A stretch of 64,000 nucleotides of DNA from Octopus sinensis (taxonomy: Eukaryota): contig NC_043008.1 of the NCBI RefSeq assembly GCF_006345805.1, forward strand, positions 12,400,001-12,464,000. Direction: 5' to 3'. Shown one piece after another: positions 50,161 to 62,865 of the stretch. A model generated the notes under the pieces. That model was not told the DNA's origin. It made no database searches and worked only from the letters and a program-made list of their open reading frames with translations. The stretch's first letter is position 1, and each line of letters starts with the position of its first letter. Position numbers and translations under genes: made by a program.

Positions 50161-50910
50161 GTAAGCATTCTCCTATCGCTGTATAAATGTTTTGAAACTC
50201 TAAGAATGGAAGTTATCCAAGACCTATCCATTCTGTATCTTATCAGCAGGTTATTAGGAACTATTTTATTTTGGCCTGCATTAAAAGTTTTTGGTTTTGA
50301 ATAAGATATTTGTTGGCTTAAAATTACTTACTCCCACCTTTATATTAACAGAAAAGGAAATCGAGAATCGAAAATAGTGAATATATGCAAGATAAGATGG
50401 ATAAATAAATAAAGAGGAAATGACTAATCAATTGTCAGGAGGAAAAGTTTAAAATTTTTTTTTTTACTTTCACTTTCTCTTTGACTGAATCTGTATCCAC
50501 ATCTGTACATACATGTCTTCCATACTCGAGGTTTATTAAAAGAGCACCAAAAGCATCTCGTTATCGAGACAGTGTTAGCGCTAACGTACATGAATGTCCG
50601 TCTGTCTGTGTGTGTGTGGGAGAGAACGAGAGAGAGAGAGACAGAGAGGTGGAATGGTGTGTGGGAGGAGATGTCTAATAAGGAATGTAGGTGAGCTGAG
50701 TGAAAAACCTCTTAAACGTAGACTAGGTAAAACATAGATTAACTGAAATCTTCAGTGGATAATAAAGTATTAATGGAGATTATTCTGATAGAAGTGTTCA
50801 CAATAACTGCAGGCTTATGGAAAGGAAGTAAAGAAAGATAATTAAAAACCAAAAAAAAAAAGAAAAAAGTATTCTCAAAGCTTTATTTCTTCTCTTTCCT
50901 TTCTACGTTT

Positions 50911-50946
<36 letters not shown>

Positions 50947-50947
50947 A

Positions 50948-50989
<42 letters not shown>

Positions 50990-51468
50990 CATCATCATCA
51001 TTTTCTTTCTCTATTTTGATAATTTATTCCACTAAAAGCTGATTATCACTAATAATTCTGTTCAATGCTATTTTTGTATTTCTTTACAATCCTTAAGTCA
51101 TTTCGCTTGAATCTCTGCCAAACATAAAAAAAAACTAAACAAACAAACAAACAAATACCAAAAATTATATATATTTCTTTTTTTTTTCGTTCTCTTTTTT
51201 TATTTCTTATTTTTTTCTTCATCATTAAATTTAATTTCCTTTGAAATCTAATGGATAGAATTTCAACGTTTGGCCGGCCCAAAGGTTGAAGTATTAATTC
51301 TATATTAGAAATTTTTCAGCTGAATGATATAGTTACTCTGTAGTAGAGGATTCTATTCTACAGAATTGGTTAAATGACAAGCTGTTCAGTGAACCATAAT
51401 TCTGATTTCGAGGCCTGTGATATCTATATCATTTTTCTATGGCCGTTAAACACATATAAATGCATTTA

Positions 51469-52174
51469 CATTATTTACATTTGACAGATATTTGTCCTCA
51501 TCTTGTTTGTTGTTAAAACAAAAATTTCGGCTGATATACCCTCCAGCCTTCATCAGGTGTCTTGGTTCTAATTCCTAAGGTATTTTTCAATGTTATTATT
51601 ATTATTATTATTGTGTGAGAGAGCAGTGCATGCCATCAAAGTGACACTGCGGTAAAATATACAAAGCCCAGTATACCCATCATGACTACCTGTCTGATAA
51701 GAGTTCACTAGGCACAGGCATCACAACCATATGTGTGCGACATGGTGATCTCATATCAAGATAAACAGCATATGACCTTGCAGGTGGGGCCCAGTTAGAA
51801 TTTTCTTCTGGTCAAGTAGCACATTCCGCTCAAAAGGAGCCTGAATAAGGATTGTTTAAGGATGTTGAACGAAACACCCATGTTTCCAGAGGTGAATTAT
51901 CCAAACCTCTAAGAATTCCTTTCAACACACGGCTATGATGCTCCCCCACTACTTCTCCTCGTGATCAGAGATGCACATATCGTCAGCCACTAAGGGACAG
52001 GTCAACTGACAAACAAACTGACAAACAAATCTGTGGTATTGAGCAGAATATTTGCTGTAGCCCATCTTTTATACCAAGACAAAACAATGTACATGATAAC
52101 ACTTCCAATCAGTTAAGATCAGAAGCCGTGAGAGCCACTGCCTGGTACTGCATCAGGGCATCTATTATTATTAA

Positions 52175-52226
<52 letters not shown>

Positions 52227-52293
52227 ATCATTCAGGCCACTGCCTGGAATGTAAATAATGTACATAATTCCTCATCTCTTAAATATAGAACTG
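51469..52293. mobile_element. tRNA-head/(AAT)n/hammerhead element copy 3 (inverted composite, centre deleted, nested insertion)
   Basis: Minus body 51469-51612 with hammerhead 51515-51561; head stub 52231-52250; plus 3' tail 52251-52293; flanked by 14-bp direct repeat tataaatgcattta at 51455 and 52294. Confidence 0.85.
51613..52162. mobile_element. Unclassified 550-bp non-coding insertion inside an (ATT)n tract
   Basis: Complex sequence bounded on both sides by (ATT)n and splitting the hammerhead element. Confidence 0.7.
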
Positions 52294-52309
52294 TATAAAT
52301 GCATTTAGC

Positions 52310-52490
52310 TTCAGTTTTGACAACTGATGTTGGTGTGTTTACATCCCTGTAACTTAACGGTTCAGAAAAAGAGACCAATAGAATAAGCACTAGGCTTACA
52401 AAGAATAAGTCCTGGGGTTTGATTTGCTCGACTAAAGGCGGTGCTCCAGCATGGCCACAGCCAAATGACTGAAACAAGTAAAAGAATAAT
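52310..52490 (+). mobile_element. SINE family A, 3' half
   Basis: ttgacaactgatgttggtgtgtttac...gaaacaagtaaaagaat. Confidence 0.85.
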
Positions 52491-52994
52491 CTTAAACTTT
52501 CTTCAAAAGTCATTGCCCTGTGTCTGTGTCCTCATTAGCAGAAGATGTTAATCTAATTTTCTCTCCACTTTATGATGACACTTCATTCAGTTTCATGTAT
52601 CCATCTCTGTCTTGTGTCTTCATCCATGCAAACAACATGAATGCTACTACAAGCAACACCTGAGCACATTTCTAGTAGCTTTGTTAGCTGCTTAAGTCTG
52701 ACTTTCTGAATTGCATTACAGATCTCTGGATTGTATACACAAGTCGCACAATTATATCTGGATACCATTAAAAGATTTTCAGGTCAAAACAGTTTCACAC
52801 TAATACACTGGCAGAACTAATAACATAGAATTGATCTGACATTATGTCCATCAGTATTCCCAGTGCAACTATTATTGGTTATTGATATTGCTTACATTGG
52901 TAAATGACCTCATAAATATAGAAGGAGAGATGTATTATTTGATTGTATCACTCTTAGTGATTTGAAGAAATATATATAAAACGATATGTGTGAT

Positions 52995-53398
52995 AGGGTT
53001 AAGAAGTTCGCTTCCTAAACATGTTCAGTACCACTGCATGGCACCTTGGGTGAATAATTTCCACTTTGGCCTTGGGCCGACCAAAAGCCTTGTGAGTAGA
53101 TTTGGTAGATAGGAGCTGAAAGAAGACCATCACATGTGTGTGTGTCTGTGTGTATGTGTGTATGTGTATATGAGTGTGTTTGTCTGTGTCTGTATTTGTA
53201 CTCCACTATCACTTGATAACCAAAGTTGCTGTGTTTACGTCCCCATAACTTAGCTGTTTGGTGAAAGAGAATGATAGAATAAGTACCAGGCTTAAAATAA
53301 AAGTACTGGGGTTGATCCATCTGACTAAAAATCCGTCAAGGTGGTGCTCCAGCATGGCCACAGCCTAATGACTGAAACAAGTAAAAGATAAAAGATAA
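52995..53398 (+). mobile_element. SINE family A
   Basis: Head, CORE-like segment, TG tract and 3' tail. Confidence 0.85.
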
Positions 53399-53519
53399 AG
53401 CTTTCCCCTGCATATTGCTTCAGCCATGTTCTAATATTTTAGCCAGTGTTCATTATTTCATCACATTTATTACTATTGCTACAGATATTGATGATGATAA
53501 GGATGATGAATCTGATAAA

Positions 53520-53645
53520 GATGAAAATACACAAATTCCAGTCAAACAGCAAACACAAAATGTGTGGAAAAGTGCACAAAAGAATTAAGTATCTGCTAAG
53601 TGAGTGCAGTAAGCTTGTCCATAAAAGAAGATAAAAGAGTGTGTT
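53520..53645 (+). mobile_element. RLE-class LINE fragment, CCHC zinc-knuckle region (decayed)
   Basis: KIHKFQSNSKHKMCGKVHKRIKYLLSECSKLVHK resembles KIDKTQ.NSKCRMCG..DETI.HIISECSKLAQK. Confidence 0.7.
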
Positions 53646-54233
53646 GTAATGCTAGTCAAGTTTGTGGTGTGAACTCAAAATGAGCAAATTTATCATTAAG
53701 CGCTGATTAGCAATTTGATTTTCTTGTAATTAGGACATTTGATCCCCTGTCTGTGAAAGAGGCCCAGCATGCTCATTTAATTTGCTTATAATTAGTAATT
53801 AAATCTCCATAAATATTTTATTCTGCCTTCAAATCTCATAATAATGATAAAAATCATTAAGGTTTCTTATTGAGGCATATTGACACAAATTATACCCTAG
53901 GGAGAAATTTGAGGGAAACGTTTACTGGTAGGACATGAATTATACACGAGGGAGCTGTTAGATCAATCCCTGAACTTTACTGGTACTTGTTTGGCTGATT
54001 CTAAAAGGAAGGCAAAATTAGCCTCAGAATGTTAAGGTATTAAATGCAGGATAGTATCTGGTTTTGTGTTCTATAGAGAACATCTATAGCCATTATGAAT
54101 AATAGTCAATTCTAACATTGGCACGAGTTTAGAAACATAGAGATAGGTGTGCATTGATTAAACCAATCCTATTATTTAACATTTACTTATAATATTGATC
54201 TCAGACAAGTGAATGATATGTTTGCAACCTTAG

Positions 54234-54239
<6 letters not shown>

Positions 54240-54279
<40 letters not shown>

Positions 54280-54480
54280 TATCATACGTCCGTTTTCCAT
54301 GCTAGCATAGGTTGGACGGTTCGACTGGGGTCTGGGAAGCCAGGAGGCTGCACCAGGCTCCAGTCTGATTTGGCAGTGTTTCTACAGCCAGATGCCCTTC
54401 CTAACGCCAACCACTCCGTGAGTGTAGTGGGTGCTTTTTACATGCCACCGGCACAGGTGCCAGGCGAGGCGGCAACTCGA
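54240..54480 (-). mobile_element. Family D copy
   Basis: (CAT)n tail plus conserved core. Confidence 0.9.
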
Positions 54481-55529
54481 ACTTGGAAAATTTGATACTC
54501 AATTGGTTCTGTTATCAGGCACTTGTAACGATGATGATGATTTGATTTATTAGAGCCTTTAGAACTTGAAATATTGGTATTTCCCTGCAATGGAATTCAA
54601 ATAATGTTTGCAGGCAAGCTAAGCTGGGGGAACCAATTTGTATGCAAATGGTAACTATTTAGATCTGTCGCTGTTAAGCAGCACAAATTCCACAGAAACC
54701 CTGTTTTCCGATTCCTTTCCTCTCTCTTTTTTTTCTCTTTCATTTATTATCAATAACTTTGCAACAGACAAGAATTGATAATAAAATTGATAATAAAATT
54801 CAAAGAGAATGCCTTGAGTTTAACTACGTTAACAATGAAAATCAAGCTATCTATTCTAAACATACAGAAAGGAAATTCAGATTTCCAGAATGTGTGATGT
54901 TAATTACAAATAGGTGTAAACACGTGAAGAGTCTTTGATAAGCATTAACTTAAGGGTATGTATTGGTAAATATCTAGTGGAATAATGTAAATTATAAGGA
55001 ACCCTAAAGTTACATTGTATATCGTTAGAAGAATTAATGAAGGTATAATATAAATATTTGTCAATATTAATACTAGTATTTAGAACAGAGGTTAATAATC
55101 TCTACGGTGTTGATTCAATTAATCATTGAATTATTTGAAAAAGGAGCAAAGTGGAACTAAATAACAGGGGCTGGATTAAGATCCATTGAAGCCTTACACA
55201 CTTAAAGGATTTTGGTGACACCATATATATGTATTTCGAAATATAAACAATAATAAACCATAAAATGAAATTTTGGTTTTTAAAATGAAACAAAACTTAC
55301 AGTAAGACAGGAATTTTTTTCTTATTTTTGTACACTTCCACTTTATTTATATTTGAAAAGTTTTTTTATTGTTTTTTTTTAATTACAAAGTCTTTGATCA
55401 GATCTTCACTATGACATCAGGAAGACTTCAAAACCAAAGAACACTTCAAAATCAGTGAAGATTTCAAAACCAATGCTACCACAATGACTCGCTCAGAATT
55501 ACTCCCCTTAATGTTAAAATAACAGAATA

Positions 55530-55775
55530 ATCTTTTCAACTCTAGGCACAAAGCCCGAAATTTTGGGGAAGTGGGCCTGTCAATTAGATCAACCCAAGTA
55601 CTCAACTGGTACTTAATTTATTGACTCCGAAAGGATGAAAGGCAAAGTCGACCTCAGCGGAATTTGAACTCAACATAAAGACAGAGGAAATACCACTAAG
55701 TATTTTACCTGGCGTGCTAATGTTTCTGCCAGCTTGCCACATTATAAAGGCAAAGTCGACCTTGGCAGAATTTGA
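55530..55775 (-). mobile_element. SINE family C with partial duplication
   Basis: aaggcaaagtcgacct occurs at about 55640 and 55748. Confidence 0.85.
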
Positions 55776-55834
55776 AAATAGCAAAATAATGCTTTCAAAT
55801 GGTATGGAGGTCGTTTTTGTTCCTGCTTGACCAG

Positions 55835-56000
55835 ATTTACCAGAAAGAAATCAAAAGAAAGGAAGACCAAAAACTACAAGGTGCAGAACATTCATAACCT
55901 ATATGACTGGATGAAGAGAAAACTGTAAAGAAATAACGAACAGAAACCATTGGTATCCACTTGCTGCCCAGTGTGCCCAAGAGTACAGGAGGAACTGAAC
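55835..56000 (+). mobile_element. RTE-type LINE 3' end, decayed
   Basis: PERNQKKGRPKTTRCRTF and RNHWYPLAAQCAQEYRRN* resemble RTE-type GRPKTTWRRT...DR..W..L...C C-termini. Confidence 0.65.
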
Positions 56001-56629
56001 ATGAATCCTCTACTGAGCTTTTGTTTCTATACCAACGAAATGAACTACAGAAATAGATGCACTGTAATCTTACTCTCAAACTACCTAACAACCAAGATTT
56101 TTATGCCACTACGCAATATCTTCCAAGACAAGAAACTAGGGAAATATACTGTTGACACCAACAGAATCTGATCATAAAACAGTAAGATGAGAAAGTACAA
56201 TGAAGTGTCTTGTATTGAGCTCTGCTATAGCAGCCTTCTCTACTCTTTGAGATAAGAATAGATAAAAATCAGTGCTTAATTAAAAATGATTTTATCCCCC
56301 CCTTTATTTTCAAGTCTAGCATTATCAATTTGGTTTCCGTTCCCAAATTAAAAAAAATTTGGCAGCAATTTATTCATTGAAATAATTACTGTTTTATTTT
56401 TATGTTTATAAAATTTCTTGAATTCAGAGTTCATTTGGAACATGACATTATGTAGAACCAGTTCCCTTTGATCACAATGAAAATGTTGAAAATATTCATT
56501 GAAAATTCTTTGTTGAAAATTGGATTTGGTGCAATATAAATTTTAGGATGTTTTAATAATAGATAAACCTTTTTTGTGATTACTTGAGCAATTATTAAGT
56601 TTATAACCAAGAAATAAGGTTACAGAGAG

Positions 56630-56858
56630 TCAAATGTCTTCTTTTATCCTGTTATCTTTTTATTTGCTTGTCACTAGACTGCGGCCATGCTGGGGCACTG
56701 TCTTGAAGTTTTAATCGAATGAATTAACCTTAGTACTTATTTCTTGTTAAGCTTGATACTTATTCTATCAGTCTCTTTTGCCAAACTGCTAAGTTATGGG
56801 AATATAAACACACTAACACCAGTTGTCAAACCGTAGTAGAGGACAAATACAGACATGA

Positions 56859-56909
<51 letters not shown>

Positions 56910-57075
56910 TATATACGATGGGCTTCATTCAGTTTCCATCTACCAGATCTACTCACAAGCCTTTGGCCGGCCCGAGACTATAGTAGAAGACATTCGCCCA
57001 AGGTGCCAAGCAGTAGGATTGAACCCAGAACCAGGTGACTGGGATGCAAGCTTCTTACCACACAACCACGCTGGC
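56630..57075 (-). mobile_element. SINE family A, full length
   Basis: Complete reverse-oriented copy with an internal (CA)n tract. Confidence 0.9.
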
Positions 57076-58924
57076 TCCAATCCTACTAAGGAAAAAATAT
57101 AGGGTTGATGAGGATAGCAACAAAGTTGCTATGACAACACGCTCACGCATCGTTTCAAAAATAGAAGGAACCAGTCAATACATATTTTGCTGCTAGAATT
57201 TTAAAACTATTTTGTTCATCACTTGTCTGAAGCCGGTTCTTAATCTTACCAGGAATCTCTTTTAATACAGACAGAACAATAAAATGATGTTTTGCCTGTC
57301 TTTCAAATCTATTCATATTTAAGTGGTTCCGTGAAGCTGTTTATTCTGTTTTCCTTCTGATGCGATACCAATAACCAGGATTAAGGAATAACGATGAATA
57401 ATAAAAGTTCAACTAAACGAACTTAGTACAACTATTCCCTGTTTAGAATGGCAAGCCATTTTAACATAAAGCTTCAAAATTGGAGATGTTATGTAATTAA
57501 GAGATTAAGCATTGTACTATGAAATAAAATTCAATAATTAAATTGATATAATCAAATGCTATGTAGTTAGAAGATTAAACTGTACATTATCAAAGGCCAT
57601 TACATTAATTCATCTTAATCGCACAATATCAAATAGTGTACAATAAAGAGATTAAAATGTGCATTATCAAATGGACTTTGAATTAGTAATCGGGCAACAC
57701 ACCATCAAATAATATTTAATTAGAAGATTAAATGTTAAATGTACATCAACTTGCAAAATAGAATTCAGTTCATTTTCGGAACTGTCCTTTTTGTATCCTT
57801 TATCAACATTTAATTATTTGAGCGACTATAATTAATCACGGCTTTGATACCTCGTCGAAATAAGGAAGAAAACTTTGGTTACTGATATCAAAATTATTAA
57901 TTATTGGAGTAATTTGCCGAACATGCTTTGCTGTTATTTATTCTAATTCTCTTAGTCGTTAGCTTTCGTTTGCTTTCATTGTAATATTTATGGAATATTA
58001 TTAAGACGATGTATAATTACCGTTACCGATATTGCTATGAATAAAACGTTTGAGTTCTTTTGGTTGTTATTTAAAAAAGAAAAACGTTTTTTTTAAGCAT
58101 CTTAAAGCAATTCATTCTCAGAAGTTCCAGAACTTGCAATTCCATTCATTACTGTATTTGCTTGATGAAGCATCTTTAAGCTAATGAGAGATTGATGTCA
58201 ATTAAATAACAAAAAAAAAAAAAATGCCTTCATCGCAAATTAGAATCATGAGAAATGATGTCAAAGCAATTAGTGATTTCTTTTATAGGAAATTATATAC
58301 CTAAGTTGTTATGCTTTTTTAAATCACATGTTCAGTGAAAAGAAGTGTCTTTATGCAAATTACCTCAAAGCCACTTCTACAGAAAGTTTTAAAAATTACT
58401 ATTTTGGTGTCACGTAGAGGTTCTTATCATCAAAAGATCTTTGTATAAAAAGAAAAAATATAAAAAAAAAAACAAAATTGGCAAAAAAAAAAAGAAATGT
58501 CAAGATAATCGTGTCATTATCTCAACAAGACTCATTAAGCTGGCGGTAGTTATGTAGTTCTGATTTTATAGGTTTAGAGGTTCTTCTGTAAGCAGGATTT
58601 CACTAGTGAGACAACAAGCTGAGTCACAGAAGCTTATTGTCAAGACCTCTATACTTTGGGATTATTAATATCTTTAAATTTTGTAATTATTGCAAGCAAA
58701 ACAATCTCTGTGGCATTTCACACTGAAAATATTGGTTTAAAACAAAAGTTTAAAATATCTTTTGTTTTGTTTTGGTTGATTCTGACAAAAGGTCATATCG
58801 GTCAGTTTGTTAATTTTTCTCATTGTAGAACTGGTGAATATAAGATAAGTAAAGGTTAACCATTTTTTTGGAACAATACTCACGAAACTGAGTGTAGTGC
58901 TTATGTTCTGTTTATCATTATATA

Positions 58925-59420
58925 TTGTCAGTGGCACTTAAAGGGCACCATTCGAGTGTGATGCCAGTGGCACTTAAAGGGCACCATTCGAGCGTGATCA
59001 TTACCAGCATCGCCTTACTGGCACTTGTGCCCATGCTAGTAGGGTGCCAAGAGCACCATCCGATCATGATTGTTGCCAGAGCAGCCAACCGGCTTCCGTG
59101 CCAGTGGCACTTAAAAGGGCACCATTCGAGTGTGATCGTTACCAAAGATGCCTTACTGGCACCTGTGCTGGTGGCATGTGTAAAAGGATTTGAGCGAGGT
59201 CGTTGCCAGTACCGCCTGACTGGCCCCCGTGCCGGTAGCACATAAAAAGCACCCACTACACTCTCGGAGTGGTTGGCATTAGGAAGGGCATCCAGCAGTA
59301 GAAACTCTGCCAAATCGAGATTGGAGCCTGGTGCAGCCATCTGGTTCACCAGCCCTCAGTCAAAATCGTCCAACCCATGCTAGCATGGAAAGCGGACGTT
59401 AAACGATGATGATGATGATG
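58925..59420 (+). mobile_element. Family D copy with tandem 5' monomers
   Basis: cagtggcacttaaa(a)gggcaccattcgag at about 58929, 58965 and 59102; conserved core and (GAT)n tail. Confidence 0.9.
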
Positions 59421-59666
59421 TTGATGATTACTAGTAGAAAGACTGCCACACAGACCATTGAAAAAAAACCATTAACCAGTTGGGTTTGAGGTGCTGAAAC
59501 ACCCTGCATCTTATAGGCCATCAAATACGGTACATAATTTCTCTCCCTGAATTTCTTGCCATTATGTTCTTAATAATGGTCGGTAGTCAAAGTATCCACA
59601 ACAAATATTGTTTGTCACATTGGTCTGATGAAACGTTGTTATTGTTGCTATTATTGCTATATAATA

Positions 59667-60225
59667 GGTGCAGGCATGGCTGTGTGGTAAGTAGCTTGCT
59701 TACCAACCACATGGTTCCAGGTTCAGTTCCACTGCATGGCACCTTGGGCAAGTGTCTTCTACTATAGCCTTGGGCCGACCAAAGTCTTGTGAGTGGATTT
59801 GGTAGACAGAATCTGAAAGAAGCCCGTCGTATATATATATATATATATATATCATCATCATCATCATCATCATTTAACGTCCGCTTTCCATGCTAGCATG
59901 GGTTGGACGGTTTGACTGTGGTCTGGCGAACCAGACTCCAATCTGATCTGGCAGAGTTTCCACAGCTGGATGCTCTTCCTAACGCCAACCATTCCAAGAG
60001 TGTAGTGGGTGCTTTTATGTATGTATGTATATGTTTGTCCCCCAACATTGCTTGACCAACTGATGCTGGTGTGTTTACGTCCCCGTAACCTAGCGGTTCG
60101 GCAAGAGGGAACTGATAGAATAAATTCTAGGCTTACAAAGAACAAGTCCTGGTGTCGATTTGCTTGACTAAAAAAAGGTGGTGCTCCAGCATGGCCACAG
60201 TCAAATGACTGAAACAAATAAAAGA
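59667..60225 (+). mobile_element. SINE A interrupted at its internal microsatellite by a minus-strand family D copy (59853-60020)
   Basis: A 5' half 59667-59850 and A 3' half 60030-60225. Confidence 0.9.
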
Positions 60226-62319
60226 AAAAAAATACCCTACAACCATACCAACCAACAAACAAACCAACCAACAAACCAACAAACTCATCATAACAACAAC
60301 AAGAATAAGAAGAGTAGCACTAATATTCATGTTATATCCATTCCCAAGTGTAGCCATTGTGAAAGCAATCCATAATGTAGACAAATTTCTCTGAACTATT
60401 AAGGCTGTTGTTAGTGGCTATATCAATATAAAATATGTTACCATGGTCGTATTAATTTCTATGAATATGCGTATAAAAATATCAGCACATTTTTTCACAA
60501 TCATGTATCATATTGGTTATGGCCATAGGCAGTCTCTGAGTGATTTTGAGAAATCTGTGTCTTTATTGTTCTGTATAATACCCTGAAACATATTTCTCAT
60601 AAGTTTTAGTTTTATCAGTTTGCCGATGTTAACCATTGAGATGATGGTGATAATGATGCTGGCGTTATTGTTATATACAATATGGAACATCTCCATCTCT
60701 TTCTTCGTACATATTTACTTGTGCAGTTTTTTGATGTGGCTCAGCTTAAATCCAAGCTTCCTCATCGTCGCTTTTTCCTTTTGTCGACGTCCAGAAAATA
60801 TCATCAGGGCAATTAAAAATTACCTGGTTTTTATTTGCTATATGTTACCTGTGTGTGAATACATGTTCATCAGTGTGTGTATGCATGTTTCTCAATATGT
60901 ATGTGTGTTTAAATGCATGTTTGTCTGTGTGTATGTGTGCGTATGCATGTTCATCAGTGTGTGTGTGTGAATACATGTTCATCAGAGTGTGTGTGTGTAC
61001 ATGTTTGTCAGTGTGAGTGTATGTATGGGGAGAATTCACGAAAAAAACAAAAAACGAAGACAGATGGTGTAAAAAACAAACAGATGTTTGACCCCAGTCA
61101 AACCGTCCAACCCATGCTAGCATGGAAAACGGACGTTAAACGATGATGATGAGGAGGAGGATAATATATACTCAGTCGTGGCTAAAAGTGTGGAGCATTT
61201 ATTTTAAGATTTTAAATTGTTATGCCCAAGTACAATTCAATTCAAATTTATGCAACTTAGAGATTTACCTAATAACTAATCCAGTGGTCAGTTATATATT
61301 AAATCTTACTTTGGTTATCTAATACAAAAATTCTAATTTTCAGACCTGTGTTCCAAACTTTTGGTTACTGCTGTATGCATTTTCAGGTGTAAATTTTAGT
61401 GTATGTGTGTGCTTCATACATTCAACTTGATTGACATAAATAGATGTTTCAATGCCTTTGACTAACTTCTTAACTTGAATAAAAACATCATTATTTTTCA
61501 CTAATGAGATATAATGTTTACGGAAGGTTGCTGTTCTGAGTTGGTTGCAGGAATTATTTTCGGTTAACATTTAGAAAAGCATAAGGTATCAGAATGGAAT
61601 GGATGGGTGGGGGGAGAGGTTCTTTTTGAATGAAGAAAGATTAACCAAAGATTTTAATTTGATAAAGAACTGGAAAGAGTTAAAGGTAAAACATTGAGAG
61701 AAAAAAAAGTAAAAGAATATTTTTTTGAAGCAGTTGCAAAAACTCGCAGAAAATTTTTTAAACAATTTTAATTGGATGAATCTCAGAAGAACAGATTATA
61801 CCCATGGCCCTCAAAGACTCTCCAAGAATCATGAAATCAAAACTGTTAACATTGTTTTTCGAATAGTTGTGAGTCAGCAGAGGGAATTCCAAGCCACCAA
61901 TGTTCTGGTTGAGAGATGAAGGGTTGGGAATAATGGTTAGAAGAGGCCTGATGGTTGTGGGGAAGGTGATGGGTCAGTATGTATGATGAGAGGAGAGACA
62001 AGATTATCCAAAGCTACAGTAATGAAGAGACAGTACTAAGAGGACTTTGCATATTCCTGGCAATAAAATATAATGTTATTAGAGATCGTTGTTGCAATAG
62101 AATTCTAAAAGAAAGGCGGTTGATAAAGCAGTAGATATAATAATAAACTAGTGACTTCAAGGAATTGCCAATCTCTAACTGTGAACAGGACCGGGGAAGT
62201 GGTAGATTCAGAGGATGACGAGAGGAAATATGATCTTTGGAAATTGAGTCACATGAAGGCGATGATAAGTGACTGAGATTTTTTGGCGATTTGCTGGGCT
62301 TGAGAAAACATGTCAAACT

Positions 62320-62506
62320 AAGTAGAATTGTGCTGGTAACACGTAAAAGGCACCTGGTACACTCTGTGGAGTGGTCGGTGTTAGGAAGGGCATCCAGCTG
62401 TAGAAACCAAACCAAACCAAGACAGACCGGAACTTAGGGCAGGTCTCTGGCTTAGCAGTGCCAGTCAAGCCGTCCAACCCACGACAGCATGGAAAGCAGA
62501 CATTAA

Positions 62507-62538
<32 letters not shown>

Positions 62539-62865
62539 GGTGGTGATAGGGGTGGTGATGATGATGATGATGATGATGATGATTGATCTCACTAGTGCTA
62601 GTGGCACAAGAAAAGCACCCACTACATGCTTTTCAATGGTTGGTGACAGAAAATGCATCATGCTGTAGAACCCATGCCAAGTACAGACAATGGAGCTCAA
62701 TACAGCTTGTTTCCGTCTACCAAATCCACTCACAAAGCTTTGTACAAGCTTTGGAACTACTGAAGCTATAGTAGAAGATACTTGGCCAAAGTGCCACGCA
62801 GTGGGACTGAACCCATGACCATGTGGTTTAGAAGCAAGCTTCTTACCACACAATCCTCTCCTGCA
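62320..62865. mobile_element. Family D copy (+) with GAT/GGT tail, degraded D piece, and SINE A head (-)
   Basis: D 62320-62530; A 62705-62865. Confidence 0.8.

Noticed and set aside
52090-52162. HDV-like ribozyme at the end of the 550-bp ATT-embedded element; twister ribozyme in family D monomers
   Set aside because: Could not build P1 for the HDV fold, and the twister conserved loops and second pseudoknot are missing.
62125-62275. ~50-codon plus frame (TGEVVDSEDDERKYDLWKLSHMKAMISD)
   Set aside because: No start or credible splice sites, and no recognisable family.
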